The notes under the pieces: model-generated | What the model saw: the letters and a program-made list of their open reading frames with translations, nothing else | Told to the model about the DNA's origin: nothing | Database searches by the model: none | In this document: piece by piece, positions 20,875-31,052 of the stretch | Layout: each line of letters begins with the position of its first letter | How positions within the stretch are numbered: the first letter of the stretch is position 1 | Translations under genes and position numbers: made by a program | Source: an uncultured Martelella sp. | Lineage (GTDB): Bacteria; Pseudomonadota; Alphaproteobacteria; Rhizobiales; Rhizobiaceae | Direction of reading: 5' to 3' | Assembly (NCBI GenBank): GCA_963676545.2 | Contig: CAXXRG010000002.1 | Location: 535,990 to 599,989, forward strand | DNA length: 64,000 nucleotides

Positions 20875-20941
20875 GGCGTGTTCTCCGTCCGTGATGGCCA
20901 TGAAACCTTTTATGACGGGCTGGCGACATCACCGCAAAGCC

Positions 20942-20979
20942 CCCAATACTCTCTCCCGCCAGCGGGAGAGAGTATTGGG
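20942..20979. repeat. Long perfect palindrome of a second type (CTCTCCCG...CGGGAGAG)
   Basis: CCCAATACTCTCTCCCGC-CA-GCGGGAGAGAGTATTGGG, 18-bp arms. Confidence 0.8.
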
Positions 20980-21023
20980 AGCAAGCGGGTAAGCCCTGCC
21001 TCCGGACCCACCCCGCCCTCTGT

Positions 21024-21053
21024 CGTCACCCTCGGGCTTGTCCCGAGGGTCTA
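21024..21053 (+). repeat. CGTC-tagged REP, copy 7 (forward)
   Basis: CGTCACCCTCGGGCTTGTCCCGAGGGTCTA; compensated stem ACCCTCGGG/CCCGAGGGT, loop CTTGT. Confidence 0.88.
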
Positions 21054-21149
21054 AGCACGTACCAGCACGATTGGCGTTTCGGGTCAGAAAAGGTCACAAA
21101 AAACGGCCTTGCTGACTGACCATGGACACCGCTCGCGTGGAGAGGGGAT

Positions 21150-21179
21150 TGGATCCTCGGGACAAGCCCGAGGATGACG
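21150..21179 (-). repeat. CGTC-tagged REP, copy 8 (reverse; doublet with copy 7)
   Basis: TGGATCCTCGGGACAAGCCCGAGGATGACG; loop is the reverse complement of CTTGT. Confidence 0.92.
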
Positions 21180-21254
21180 CCTGTCAAGAGGACAGGTTGC
21201 GCCCGAACAGTGGACAGGTTTGTCGCCAATCCGGGCGCTTGGGCAATCGCCCGA

Positions 21255-22814
21255 TCAATTCGGCTTGGCAACCTTCTGCAGCAGCAGGAAGAAGGAGGGC
21301 TGGAGCTTGAAGTTCTCCACGCTCACCTTGGTCACGGCGTTCTGCTTCCAGTTGGCGATGAAGGCCCAGGGGGCGTCATCCTGCACGATCGCCTGCATCT
21401 TCTTGTAGAGCTCGGCGCGCTTGCCCTGATCGGTGGCCGTGCGGGCCTCTTCCAGCAGCTTGTCGACTTCCGGATTGGCGTAATAGCCGGAGTTGAAGCC
21501 GCCCTGGTCGGGGAAGGCTTCCGAGCGCAGCGCCAGATAGGGCAGGGTGTCGGGGTCGTTGGTCATCCATGCCATCTCGGCCATGTCGGCCTTGCCTTCC
21601 AGACCGGGGTTCACCTTGCCGAGGAAGGTGTTCCACTCATAGGTCTCGATCTTGACCGGCATGCCGACGGCTTCGAGATCAGCCTGGATCTGTGTCGCCA
21701 TGGCCTGCGGCTCCAGCATGCCCGAACCGCCTTCGGTGACGTAGAAGGTCAGTTCCGAACCGTCATAGCCGGCTTCCTCAAGCAGCGCCTTGGCCTTTTC
21801 CGGATCGTAAGGGTAGGGCGACAGGCTGTCATCGTAGGCCCAGGCGAAGGCCGGCGGCGTCGGGCCGGCGGCCACGTCGGCGGTGCCCTGCAGGATGTCG
21901 TTGACGATCGCTTCCTTGTTGATGGCGTAGTTGACGGCCTGACGGATCTTCTTGTCGGCGAAGACGCCGTCCTTGAGGTTCAGGATCAGGAACCAGACAT
22001 GCGGCCCGGCCTGTTCGTAAACCTTGTAGCGGTCATTGCCGGAGAACTGCGACAGTGAATCCGGCGGAACCTCGACCATAACGTCGAGCCCGCCCGACAT
22101 CATTTCGGCAACGCGGGTATTGGCATCGGTGACGGGCCGGAAGACGACGGCCTCAAGCGGCGGCGCGCCGTCCCAGTAGTCGGCGTTCCTGGAAACGACG
22201 ACCTTGGAATTTGGATCCCATTCCTCGAATTTGAAGGCGCCCGTGCCGGAGGGATGACGACCGAAATCCTTGCCGTACTCCTTGACCGCCGCCGGCGACA
22301 CGATCAGGCCGGTCGGATAGGCGAGGTTCGACAGGAAGGGCGCATAGGGTTCGGTGAGCGTGAACTTCACCGTCATGTCGTCGACCACCTCGACGGTGTC
22401 GACAGAGGAGAAGAAGAAGGACAGCGGGAACGGCCCGGTGTCGTAATATTCGCTGTTTTCATCCAGCATGCGGTCGAAATTGAATTTCACCGCCTCGGCG
22501 TTGAAGGGCGAACCATCATGAAAGGTCACGCCCTCGCGCAGCGCGAATGTGTAGGTTTTTCCATCCTCGGAAATGTCCCAGCTCTCTGCCAGAGCCGGCT
22601 CGACCTCGAGCGTGCCGTCCTTGTAGCGCACAAGGCCGTCATACATGTTCACCAGAATGCGGAAGTCATTGACGGCGGTGTCGACGGCCGGGTCGAGCGA
22701 TTTCGGCTCGGCGATCTGGCCGACAACCAGAACATTGGGCGGCGTCTGCGCCATGGCGGGCGCGCCGAAAGCCAGCGATGCAGCGGCGAGGGCTGCGGCG
22801 AGAAGGCGTTTCAT
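21255..22814 (-). CDS. ABC substrate-binding protein family 5 (Dpp/Opp type)
   Basis: Signal peptide; EPKSLDP, YDGLV, LAESW, GTGAFKFEEW. Confidence 0.92.
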   Translation of the reverse strand: MKRLLAAALAAASLAFGAPAMAQTPPNVLVVGQIAEPKSLDPAVDTAVNDFRILVNMYDGLVRYKDGTLEVEPALAESWDISEDGKTYTFALREGVTFHDGSPFNAEAVKFNFDRMLDENSEYYDTGPFPLSFFFSSVDTVEVVDDMTVKFTLTEPYAPFLSNLAYPTGLIVSPAAVKEYGKDFGRHPSGTGAFKFEEWDPNSKVVVSRNADYWDGAPPLEAVVFRPVTDANTRVAEMMSGGLDVMVEVPPDSLSQFSGNDRYKVYEQAGPHVWFLILNLKDGVFADKKIRQAVNYAINKEAIVNDILQGTADVAAGPTPPAFAWAYDDSLSPYPYDPEKAKALLEEAGYDGSELTFYVTEGGSGMLEPQAMATQIQADLEAVGMPVKIETYEWNTFLGKVNPGLEGKADMAEMAWMTNDPDTLPYLALRSEAFPDQGGFNSGYYANPEVDKLLEEARTATDQGKRAELYKKMQAIVQDDAPWAFIANWKQNAVTKVSVENFKLQPSFFLLLQKVAKPN

Positions 22815-22844
22815 CAATCGGTTCTCCTCTGTTGGTATTTCGTT

Positions 22845-22893
22845 AATTAATTATGAAAATTCTGTAATTTACAAGGATTGATCATAATAAATT
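22845..22893. promoter_or_regulatory. Inverted pair of AT-rich motifs, candidate operator of the ABC operon
   Basis: AATTAATTATGAA (22845-22857) and ATCATAATAAATT (22881-22893); the latter recurs exactly at 23703-23715. Confidence 0.5.
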
Positions 22894-23087
22894 ACAACCG
22901 GTGGAGCGCTATCTGGAAAATGATGAAATAAAATCAATTGATTAGATGCGAAGGTGCCGTGTCTGGAAAACCAGTTACGGGTCGTAACCCAAACGAAGCT
23001 CGCCTTTAAATTGTCTCAAAATGAGCGTTTCTACCGTCTCCTCGAAGGCGCCGGGCTTTGCTGCCCGTGCCCATGATGGAAAGGCAG

Positions 23088-23609
23088 ATGAACATGAAGA
23101 TGGACAATATCAGCCGCCGCACAATGCTTGCCGGCAGCGCCATGGCGGCGGCATTTGCCGGGCTGGCGCCATTGGTTGCAAATGCCGGTATCGTCACCTC
23201 GGGCTATGCTCACGACACCCTCACGATCGGTCTTTTTTCAGCCGACATTTCCAGTCTGGCGGTCAACAAGGCGCTTCATCCCATGGCGCAGCAGTTCGCA
23301 AGGCTGGAAGAGGCCGAGGCCGAGGCGGTCGGCGGCCTTCTTCTCGGAGCCGGAGCCGCCAAGCCCAAGCGGCCCGACGCGCTCGCCGAGACGTTTGACA
23401 AGCTGAAGGAAATGGAACCTGGAACCGGTTTCGACCGCCTCTACCTCAGAAGCGAGATCGACGGGCATCAGGAATTACTGAAAATCCAGAAGCGCCGTGT
23501 CGCGGAAGGCAAGGCCGGAATCGATACCACGATTGCGACAATCCTCGTGCCCTTCATCGATTCGCATCTCGCCATGCTGCAGGCCGTTGAAAACAGCATG
23601 GCAAAATAG
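23088..23609 (+). CDS. DUF4142-like exported protein
   Basis: SRRTML Tat-like leader; FDRLYLRSEIDGHQELL and IDSHLAML ferritin-like helices. Confidence 0.65.
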   Translation: MNMKMDNISRRTMLAGSAMAAAFAGLAPLVANAGIVTSGYAHDTLTIGLFSADISSLAVNKALHPMAQQFARLEEAEAEAVGGLLLGAGAAKPKRPDALAETFDKLKEMEPGTGFDRLYLRSEIDGHQELLKIQKRRVAEGKAGIDTTIATILVPFIDSHLAMLQAVENSMAK

Positions 23610-23702
23610 GTTTTCTCAGCGGTTCCGTTTCCTGGCGGAAGCGCATTCAGCCACCGGGACGCAGAGACGTTCAGGGCTGCCATTTGCGGGCTGGCTAAAA
23701 TT

Positions 23703-23715
23703 ATCATAATAAATT
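23703..23715. promoter_or_regulatory. Second copy of ATCATAATAAATT upstream of the M20 hydrolase
   Basis: Exact 13-mer match to 22881-22893, about 50 bp before the ATG. Confidence 0.5.
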
Positions 23716-23766
23716 CCCCAACGACAATGCCGCCTTGCGGCAGAGAACAAGGGGAGGCCAACAGCC

Positions 23767-25005
23767 ATGGGCAGCACACCGAAGATCAGTTCCGCGCGGC
23801 TCAAAGCCCTTCTGGACGGCATCAACCGTTTCGGCGCCGGTCGTCCCGAGGAGGGGTTCAATCGCCCCGGTTTTTCCGATGCCGACATGGCTGTGCGCGA
23901 TTGGTTTACCGAGGAAATGCAGGCTGATGGTCTTGCCGTGACGCGCGATGGCGCGAACTCGGTTTTCGGGCGTTTCGGCGCTCCGGACAGCCCTTCGATC
24001 ATGGTCGGCTCGCATCTCGATACCGTCGTCAACGGCGGCGCCTTCGACGGTGCGCTTGGTGTTGCCGTTGCTTTGGAGTGCGTGCGGGCAATGAAGGAGG
24101 CCGGCATTCAACCCGCTGTCCCGATCGAGGTTGTGGCGACCTCCGAGGAGGAGGGCCGGTTCGGCGGCATGCTCGGGTCGCAGGCAATCGCCGGCCTGGT
24201 AACGGCTGAATGGCTGTCGTCCGCCGCCGATGCCGACGGCGTCCTGCTTGCAGATGCGATGCGCGCGCAGGGGCTTGAACCGGAGGCGGTGCTCGGAGCT
24301 GGCCGGCCGAAAGGGTCCGTCAAGGCCTTTCTCGAACTGCACATCGAGCAGGGACCAGTGCTGGAGCGCGAGGCGATCGCGATCGGCCTGCCGGAAGGCG
24401 CGACCGGGATCATCAACCTGCAGGTGACGCTGAAGGGCACGGCCAACCACTCCGGCACGACGCCGATGGATATGCGGGCCGACGCCTTTGCCGGCCTTGC
24501 CGAGATCGCCGTGCAGATTCCGGACATGATCGCGCAGTCGCCGTCTGAGATCGCCCGGATCACGATCGGCAAAGTCGAACTCGCGCCCAACCATCCGCAT
24601 ACGGTGCCGGGCGAGGCCATCTTCTCCGTGATCATCCGGGACGCCTCGGAAGCTGTCATGCGCGGGTTGCAGCGTCTGTTCTACCGCACAACTGCGGCGG
24701 TCGCCGGAAAGCACGGCCTTGCGCACGAAATCGTGGAGAAGAGCGTGATTGCGCCGGTCGCCTTCGACGCCGGACTGGTCAATCTCTTGTCGGAAGAGGC
24801 AAAGGCGCTCGGCCTTCCGGCCAGGCGGATGATCTCCGGCGCAGGCCATGACGCGCAGACGATGATGGCGCTCTGCCCGTCTGCGATGATCTTCGTGCCA
24901 AGCCGCAACGGCATTTCGCACGCGCCGGAGGAGTTCTCCGAATGGGCGGATATCGAAAAGGGTGCGGAACTGATGCTTGCGGCGTTGATGCGGCTTTCCG
25001 CCTGA
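23767..25005 (+). CDS. M20 Zn-dependent amidohydrolase (allantoate / N-carbamoyl-amino-acid hydrolase family)
   Basis: GSHLDTV..GGAFDGALGV, EEEGRF, FLELHIEQGP, ANHSGTTPM, SGAGHDA, ISHAPEE. Confidence 0.92.
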   Translation: MGSTPKISSARLKALLDGINRFGAGRPEEGFNRPGFSDADMAVRDWFTEEMQADGLAVTRDGANSVFGRFGAPDSPSIMVGSHLDTVVNGGAFDGALGVAVALECVRAMKEAGIQPAVPIEVVATSEEEGRFGGMLGSQAIAGLVTAEWLSSAADADGVLLADAMRAQGLEPEAVLGAGRPKGSVKAFLELHIEQGPVLEREAIAIGLPEGATGIINLQVTLKGTANHSGTTPMDMRADAFAGLAEIAVQIPDMIAQSPSEIARITIGKVELAPNHPHTVPGEAIFSVIIRDASEAVMRGLQRLFYRTTAAVAGKHGLAHEIVEKSVIAPVAFDAGLVNLLSEEAKALGLPARRMISGAGHDAQTMMALCPSAMIFVPSRNGISHAPEEFSEWADIEKGAELMLAALMRLSA

Positions 25006-25011
25006 GCGGCG

Positions 25012-25191
25012 TCAGCTGACGACGTAAAGCCGGAGAGCGGCTAAGATCACCAGGGCTGTTGCGGCCAGGAGAACGCCGGCGATCAGCGCCAGTTCGCCGG
25101 CCTGGCTTCCGGCCTCGCCTTTTCTGCTGCTGCTTCTTTCGGGCATGACAGTGCTCGCCTTGATCGTGTCGATGGCTGTCAGCATGATCAT
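25012..25191 (-). CDS. 59-aa small protein with TadE/Flp-like prepilin motif and one TM helix
   Basis: Below ORF-track cutoff. MIMLTAIDTIKASTVMPERSSSRKGEAG-SQAGELALIAGVLLAATALVILAALRLYVVS; purine-rich RBS AAGGAAGGCAGG. Confidence 0.5.
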   Translation of the reverse strand: MIMLTAIDTIKASTVMPERSSSRKGEAGSQAGELALIAGVLLAATALVILAALRLYVVS

Positions 25192-25342
25192 CCTGCCTTC
25201 CTTCGGCGTTAAGAAACATGGTTATCATCTTATAAACACATGGAAACCGGCTCCGGTTCCCCAGGCCGCAACGGCGTTTGCCATCAGCAATGCCAGACGA
25301 TAGAAGAGGAGAACGATTTTTCAGCGCAGGATTGAGCGTCCG

Positions 25343-26563
25343 ATGGCCCGTGCCTTTCTCTATGTTCTCGATTCCTTCGGCATCGGCGGCGCGCCGGATG
25401 CGAAGGCCTATGGCGACCTCGGCGCCGATACGCTCGGCCATATTGCCGAGTTCTGCGCCGCGGGCCTCGGAGATCGGGCGGGCTTGCGGTCCGGTCCGCT
25501 GAACCTGCCCAATCTTTCCGCGCTCGGCCTCCTGGAAGCGGCGAAGCTTGCGACCCGGCACTATCCCGCCGGCATGGAGCAGCCCGAACGGCTTCTGGGG
25601 CGTTACGGCGCGGCGAGCGAGGTTTCGCGTGGCAAGGATACGCCTTCGGGCCATTGGGAGATCGCCGGTACGCCGGTGATGTTCGACTGGGGCTATTTCC
25701 CCGATCAGCCGGACTGCTTTCCCGCTGAACTTCTCGACGCGATCTATCGCGCGGCCGGCATTTCCGGCAGTCTCGGCAACTGCCACGCCTCGGGCACGGA
25801 GATCATCAAGCGCTTCGGTCAGGAGCATGTCTGGACGCGGCGACCGATCTTCTACACCTCCGCCGACAGCGTGTTCCAGATCGCCGCCCATGAATATCAT
25901 TTCGGCCTCGAGCGGCTTATGAAACTCTGCGCGGTCGTGCGCGACCTGACCTATGACCTCAATATCGGCAGGGTGATCGCGCGCCCCTTCATCGGCGAGA
26001 CCGCCGAGACCTTCAAGCGGACCGGGAACCGACGGGATTTCTCGATCGCCCCGCCGGAGGAAACGCTGCTCGACCGGGTGACGGCGGCAGGCCGCAACGT
26101 GCTCGCCGTCGGCAAGATATCCGACATTTTCGCCGGCAAGGGCGTGACCCGGCTGATCAAGGGCGACGGCAATGACGCGCTGGTGACGGCCAGCCTGAAA
26201 GCCATGGACGAGGCGAGCGAGGGCGACCTGGTGTTCACCAATCTCGTCGATTTCGACATGGTTTATGGCCACCGCCGCGACGTGCCGGGCTATGCGGCCG
26301 CGCTCGAGGCGTTCGACGCCCGCATCGAGGAGATCGCCGTGCGGATGAGACCGGGCGACATCGCGGTGCTGACCGCTGATCACGGTTGCGACCCGACCTG
26401 GCGCGGCTCCGACCACACCCGCGAGCGCGTGCCGGTCCTCGTTTTCGGGCCGGGCCTTCAGCCGGGTTCGCTGGGTCTTTGCGAGACCTATGCCGATATC
26501 GGTGAGAGCATTGCCCATCACCTCGGGCTTGACCCCGGTAAATACGGAGCATCCTTCCTGTGA
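25343..26563 (+). CDS. deoB: Phosphopentomutase
   Basis: [54 protein letters not shown]. Confidence 0.95.
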   Translation: MARAFLYVLDSFGIGGAPDAKAYGDLGADTLGHIAEFCAAGLGDRAGLRSGPLNLPNLSALGLLEAAKLATRHYPAGMEQPERLLGRYGAASEVSRGKDTPSGHWEIAGTPVMFDWGYFPDQPDCFPAELLDAIYRAAGISGSLGNCHASGTEIIKRFGQEHVWTRRPIFYTSADSVFQIAAHEYHFGLERLMKLCAVVRDLTYDLNIGRVIARPFIGETAETFKRTGNRRDFSIAPPEETLLDRVTAAGRNVLAVGKISDIFAGKGVTRLIKGDGNDALVTASLKAMDEASEGDLVFTNLVDFDMVYGHRRDVPGYAAALEAFDARIEEIAVRMRPGDIAVLTADHGCDPTWRGSDHTRERVPVLVFGPGLQPGSLGLCETYADIGESIAHHLGLDPGKYGASFL

Positions 26564-27528
26564 CAACACCGAAAGCCGAACTCCACTGTCATATCGAGGG
26601 GGCGACGCCGCCGGCCCTTGCCGCGCGCCTTGCTGGAAAATACGGGATCGACCTGTCGTCCTGGCTTAGGGACGGCCGCTATGTCTGGCATGATTTCTCG
26701 AGCTTCATCGCCTGCTATGCCGCAATCGCCAATGTCTTCCGCTCGGAGGAGGATTTTGCCGCCCTCGCCGAGGCCTATCTGACAGAGCTTGCGAGCGACG
26801 GCGCGATCTATTCGGAGCTTTTCGTCTCGCCCGAACAGGGGCTTGCCGCTGGTCTGTCCCGCGATGCCTATATGCGGGCGATCACGGCGGGTATCGAGGC
26901 GGCGAAGGCAAAGACCGGGATCGAGTGCCGCATGGTGATGATCGGCGAGCGGCATATGGGGCCGGAACAGGTTGAGGGGGCGGCGCGCTACGCCGTTTCC
27001 TGCGGTTTTCCGCTACTCACCGGTTTCAACATGGCCGGCGACGAGCGCATGGGCCGCGTCGCCGACTATGCGCGCGCCTTCGACATTGCCCGCGACGGCG
27101 GGCTGAAGCTGACGATCCATGCCGGAGAGGTGTGCGGGCCGGGTTCGGTGCGCGACGCGCTGGACCTCGTGCGGCCCGACCGCATCGGCCATGGCGTCCG
27201 GGCCGTGGAAGATCCGGCGCTTGTCCGCCGGCTGGCCGAGGAGGGCGTGGTGCTGGAGGTTTGCCCCGGCTCCAATATCGCGCTTTCCGTTTATCCGGAC
27301 TTCCGCTCCCATCCGTTGCGCCAGCTTGTCGATGCGGGCGTCCGGGTGACGCTCAATTCCGATGATCCTCCCTTCTTCGACACGTCGCTGGCGCGTGAAT
27401 ACGCGGTTGCGGAGAGCGAACTGGGCTTTTCGTCTGCCGAGACCGCCCGAATGACGGAAACGGCGATTGCCGCCGCTTTTGTCGATGAGGAAACGCGCGC
27501 AAGGCTTTTTGCCCTGCTGCGCTGCTGA
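26560..27528 (+). CDS. add: Adenosine/adenine deaminase
   Basis: [30 protein letters not shown]. Confidence 0.9.
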   Translation: MTTPKAELHCHIEGATPPALAARLAGKYGIDLSSWLRDGRYVWHDFSSFIACYAAIANVFRSEEDFAALAEAYLTELASDGAIYSELFVSPEQGLAAGLSRDAYMRAITAGIEAAKAKTGIECRMVMIGERHMGPEQVEGAARYAVSCGFPLLTGFNMAGDERMGRVADYARAFDIARDGGLKLTIHAGEVCGPGSVRDALDLVRPDRIGHGVRAVEDPALVRRLAEEGVVLEVCPGSNIALSVYPDFRSHPLRQLVDAGVRVTLNSDDPPFFDTSLAREYAVAESELGFSSAETARMTETAIAAAFVDEETRARLFALLRC

Positions 27529-27642
27529 AACAGTGGAAAAATCGGCGTTTCGGCCCGAAGGCGGGCGTGGTGCTTGCCGCGCCGGTCCCTTTTGCGCCAT
27601 AGAAGGGTTCAGCACGAAAAGATCAAAGCGGGATTGAAGCTC

Positions 27643-28272
27643 ATGGACGGCGTAACGGTCATCGACCACCCCCTGGTTCAACACAAGCTGACGAAGATGC
27701 GTCAGAAGGACACGTCCACGGCGAGCTTCCGCAGGCTGCTTCGCGAAATTTCGACGCTGCTCTGCTATGAGGTAACGCGCGATCTGGAACTCACCATGGA
27801 GACCATCGAGACGCCGATGCAGACCATGGAAGCGCCGGTTCTGGAAGGCAAGAAGCTCGTCTTCGCCTCCATCCTGCGCGCCGGCAACGGTCTGCTCGAA
27901 GGCATGCTCGACCTGGTTCCCTCGGCCCGCGTCTCCCATATCGGCGTCTACCGCGACCACGAAACGTTGGAAGCGATCGAGTATTTCTTCAAGGCGCCGG
28001 AAGATATCGGCGAGCGGCTGGTGATCGTGGTCGATCCGATGCTGGCGACGGGCAATTCGTCGATTGCCGCCATCGACCGGCTGAAGGAGCGCGGCGTCTC
28101 CAATATCCGCTTCCTCTGCCTTCTGGCCGCGCCCGAGGGGATCGAGCACTTCCGCAAAAGCCATCCGGACGTACCGGTCTATACCGCCGCGATCGACAGC
28201 CATCTGAACGAGAAGGGCTATATCGTTCCGGGTCTCGGCGATGCCGGCGACCGGATGTACGGCACCAAGTAA
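27643..28272 (+). CDS. upp: Uracil phosphoribosyltransferase
   Basis: [37 protein letters not shown]. Confidence 0.96.
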   Translation: MDGVTVIDHPLVQHKLTKMRQKDTSTASFRRLLREISTLLCYEVTRDLELTMETIETPMQTMEAPVLEGKKLVFASILRAGNGLLEGMLDLVPSARVSHIGVYRDHETLEAIEYFFKAPEDIGERLVIVVDPMLATGNSSIAAIDRLKERGVSNIRFLCLLAAPEGIEHFRKSHPDVPVYTAAIDSHLNEKGYIVPGLGDAGDRMYGTK

Positions 28273-28311
28273 CCCGCCGTCAGTCCGTCGGCAAACCTGA
28301 CATTGCACGCC

Positions 28312-28344
28312 GCATCATCCTCGGGTCAAATCCGAGGATGATGC
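28312..28344. repeat. Degenerate REP-related palindrome (copy 9) between convergent upp and GNAT genes
   Basis: GCATCATCCTCGG-GTCAAAT-CCGAGGATGATGC, 13-bp arms. Confidence 0.7.
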
Positions 28345-28423
28345 CTATTGGGAGGTTAGTGAAGGCCTCAACCTGTGCACCCACGGGCTCGTCAGCGGTC
28401 TGACGGAATCAAACTAGCCGCCG

Positions 28424-28876
28424 TCACCCCTTCAGCGGCAGGCGGTAGCGCACGAAATCATCGGCCTTGTCGTAGCGGTCGTAGAGCCTGCGCGCGGTCT
28501 CGTTGTCGGAATTGGTGTGCCAGTAGAGATTGGTCCAGCCATCGCGCTTGCCCATCGCGATCAGGTCGTCGATCAGCCGTCTGCCGATGCCCCTTCCGCG
28601 CAAGGCTTCGTCCACGAACAGATCCTCCAGATAGCAGGCGGGCTCGATTGCCCATGTGCGCGGATGGAGAATGCAGGTGGCAAAGCCGACCGGCTTATCG
28701 CCGACAACCGCCAGCCGGGTGAAAACGGGAACGATCGGGTCGGTGATCCGCGACCATGTGGTTTCCGTCACCTCCGGGCCGATGGCGGAACCGTAAAAGG
28801 TCAGGTAACCCTGCCACAGCCCGAGCCAGGATGCCTTGTCTTCCGGGCGCGCATCGCGAATAAGGACATCGCTCAT
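28424..28876 (-). CDS. GNAT family acetyltransferase
   Basis: CYLEDLFVDEALRGRGIGRRLI, N.TARRLYD. Confidence 0.9.
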   Translation of the reverse strand: MSDVLIRDARPEDKASWLGLWQGYLTFYGSAIGPEVTETTWSRITDPIVPVFTRLAVVGDKPVGFATCILHPRTWAIEPACYLEDLFVDEALRGRGIGRRLIDDLIAMGKRDGWTNLYWHTNSDNETARRLYDRYDKADDFVRYRLPLKG

Positions 28877-29823
28877 TCGCCTGCCTCCTGAAGCAGCTGC
28901 AGGGCGTCCTGCGAAAGCTCGACCTCGGGCGCGCGCAGGAGCGTGTCCATCTGCTCAAGCCGTGAGGCGCTGGCAATCGGCGCGGTGACGCCGCGTCGCG
29001 TCATCAGCCAGGCAAGCGCGATCGCCGCCGGATGCTCGCCCGTATCGGCGGCGACTGTTTCGAGCGCCTGCAGAATGCGCCTGCCGCGCTCGTCGAAATA
29101 TTTCGCCACCGCGCCGCCGCGCGCGCTGCCCGCCGTGTCGTCGGCGGATTTGTATTTGCCGGTGAGGAAGCCCGCCGCGAGGCTGAAATAGGTGATGACG
29201 CCGATATCGTGCTCGACGCAGAGTTCCGCCAGCGCGCCCTCGAAGCCGGAGCGGGCATAGAGATTGTATTCCGGCTGCAGAACGTCATAGCGCGCCCGGC
29301 CGGTATGTTCGGCAACCCTGAGCGCTTCCTCGAGCTGCCCTGCATCGAGATTGGAGGCACCGATGGCGCGGACCTTGCCTTGCTCGCGCAGCTTGGTGAA
29401 GGCGCCGATCGTTTCCTCATACTCGGTCTCGGGATCCGGCCAGTGCGCGAGGTAGACGTCGAGATAGTCCGTCTGAAGCCGGCGGAGCGAATCTTCCACG
29501 GCCTGCATGATCCAGCCTTCCTTGAGGCCCTTTTTGCCGGGGCCCATTTCCGATCCAACCTTGGTGATGATCACCACGTCCTCGCGCTTCACGCCGCCGC
29601 GCTTCAGCCAGTTGCCGATAATCGTTTCCGACTCGCCGCCCTGATTGCCCTCGACCCAGGCGGAATAGACATCCGCCGTGTCGATGGCGTTGAAGCCGGC
29701 GCTGACGAAACGGTCAAGCAGCGCAAAGGAGGTCTGTTCGTCCGCCGTCCAGCCGAACACGTTGCCGCCGAAGACAACGGGCGAGATCTCGATATCCGTT
29801 CTTCCAAGTCTTCGCATATGCAT
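28873..29823 (-). CDS. Aldo/keto reductase
   Basis: GGNVFGW, IDTADVY, SLRRLQTDYLDVYLAHWPD, IGASN, LQPEYNL; RBS GGAGG. Confidence 0.92.
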   Translation of the reverse strand: MHMRRLGRTDIEISPVVFGGNVFGWTADEQTSFALLDRFVSAGFNAIDTADVYSAWVEGNQGGESETIIGNWLKRGGVKREDVVIITKVGSEMGPGKKGLKEGWIMQAVEDSLRRLQTDYLDVYLAHWPDPETEYEETIGAFTKLREQGKVRAIGASNLDAGQLEEALRVAEHTGRARYDVLQPEYNLYARSGFEGALAELCVEHDIGVITYFSLAAGFLTGKYKSADDTAGSARGGAVAKYFDERGRRILQALETVAADTGEHPAAIALAWLMTRRGVTAPIASASRLEQMDTLLRAPEVELSQDALQLLQEAGE

Positions 29824-29993
29824 GATTTCCTCCCGGGTGCTGATGGCGTCGCTGTTCCCAACGTAGGTTGCCGGCGCCTGCATGGCAATGGAACGGCCGG
29901 CAAAGCGCAAGCGCGAAACGGGCAATCGGGTCGCTTGCGCACGCGGCTGCCGGTTCCTATGCTGGCCGCCGAGATAACAGGTGAGGATCCCCA

Positions 29994-30983
29994 ATGTTGC
30001 GTTTTGGTATTGTCTCGACCGCCAAGATCGGTCGCGAACTCGTTGTGCCGGCAATCGTCGACGCGGAAAATGCTGTGCTTGCCGCCGTCGCCAGCCGCGA
30101 CCTGGAACGGGCACAGGCGCTGGCGACCCGCTTTGGCGCGCCGCATGCTTTTGCGTCTTATGACGAGATGCTGGCGAGCGACACGATCGACGCGGTCTAT
30201 ATCCCGCTGCCGACCGCCCAGCATGTGGAATGGGCTATCAAGGCGGCGGATGCGGGCAAACATGTTCTGGTGGAAAAGCCGCTGGCGCTGAAGGCTGCGG
30301 ACATCGAGCCGGTGATCGCCGCGCGCGACCGCAACAAGGTGCTGATCAGCGAAGCCTTCATGGTCACCTATTCGCCGGTCTGGACCAAGGTGCGTGCGCT
30401 TCTCGCCGATGGCGCGATTGGCGAGCTGCAGCATGTGCAGGGGGCGTTCTCCTATTTCCTGCGCGATGCGACCAATATGCGCAATATTCCGGAGCTTGGC
30501 GGCGGCGGCCTGCCGGATATCGGCGTCTATCCGACGGTGACGACCCGTTTTGCCACCGGAGAAGAACCAGAGCGGCTGCAGGCGACGGTGCGCTATGACA
30601 GCGAATTCGGCACGGATATCTATGCCTCCGTCAAGGCGGAATTCCCCGGCTTCGAAATGAGCTTCTACGTCTCCACGCAGCTTGCCAACCGCCAGACCAT
30701 GGCTTTCCACGGCACCAAGGGTCTGATCGAGGTGGTCTCTCCCTTCAATGCCAACCGCTGGGGTGAGGAAACGGTGCTGCTCTCCAACCAGAGCCATTCC
30801 GAGACCCAGGCCTTCCGCTTCCAGGACAGCCGGCAATATGTCCGCGAGGTCGAGGCGTTTTCGAAGGCGGCAACCGGCGGTGAGGTCGAAGTGTTCTCGC
30901 TGGAGGATTCGGTGAAGAACCAGCGCGTGATCGATGCGATCTACCGCGCCGGCAAGCTCGACGGCGGCTGGGAGACGGTTTGA
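29994..30983 (+). CDS. Gfo/Idh/MocA family oxidoreductase
   Basis: [38 protein letters not shown]. Confidence 0.9.
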   Translation: MLRFGIVSTAKIGRELVVPAIVDAENAVLAAVASRDLERAQALATRFGAPHAFASYDEMLASDTIDAVYIPLPTAQHVEWAIKAADAGKHVLVEKPLALKAADIEPVIAARDRNKVLISEAFMVTYSPVWTKVRALLADGAIGELQHVQGAFSYFLRDATNMRNIPELGGGGLPDIGVYPTVTTRFATGEEPERLQATVRYDSEFGTDIYASVKAEFPGFEMSFYVSTQLANRQTMAFHGTKGLIEVVSPFNANRWGEETVLLSNQSHSETQAFRFQDSRQYVREVEAFSKAATGGEVEVFSLEDSVKNQRVIDAIYRAGKLDGGWETV

Positions 30984-31052
30984 TCGGCAATTGACGGACA
31001 GTTCAAACGCGGGTGGCGCGCAAGGCCGCCCGCTTTGTGAAAGGGCAAGGCC

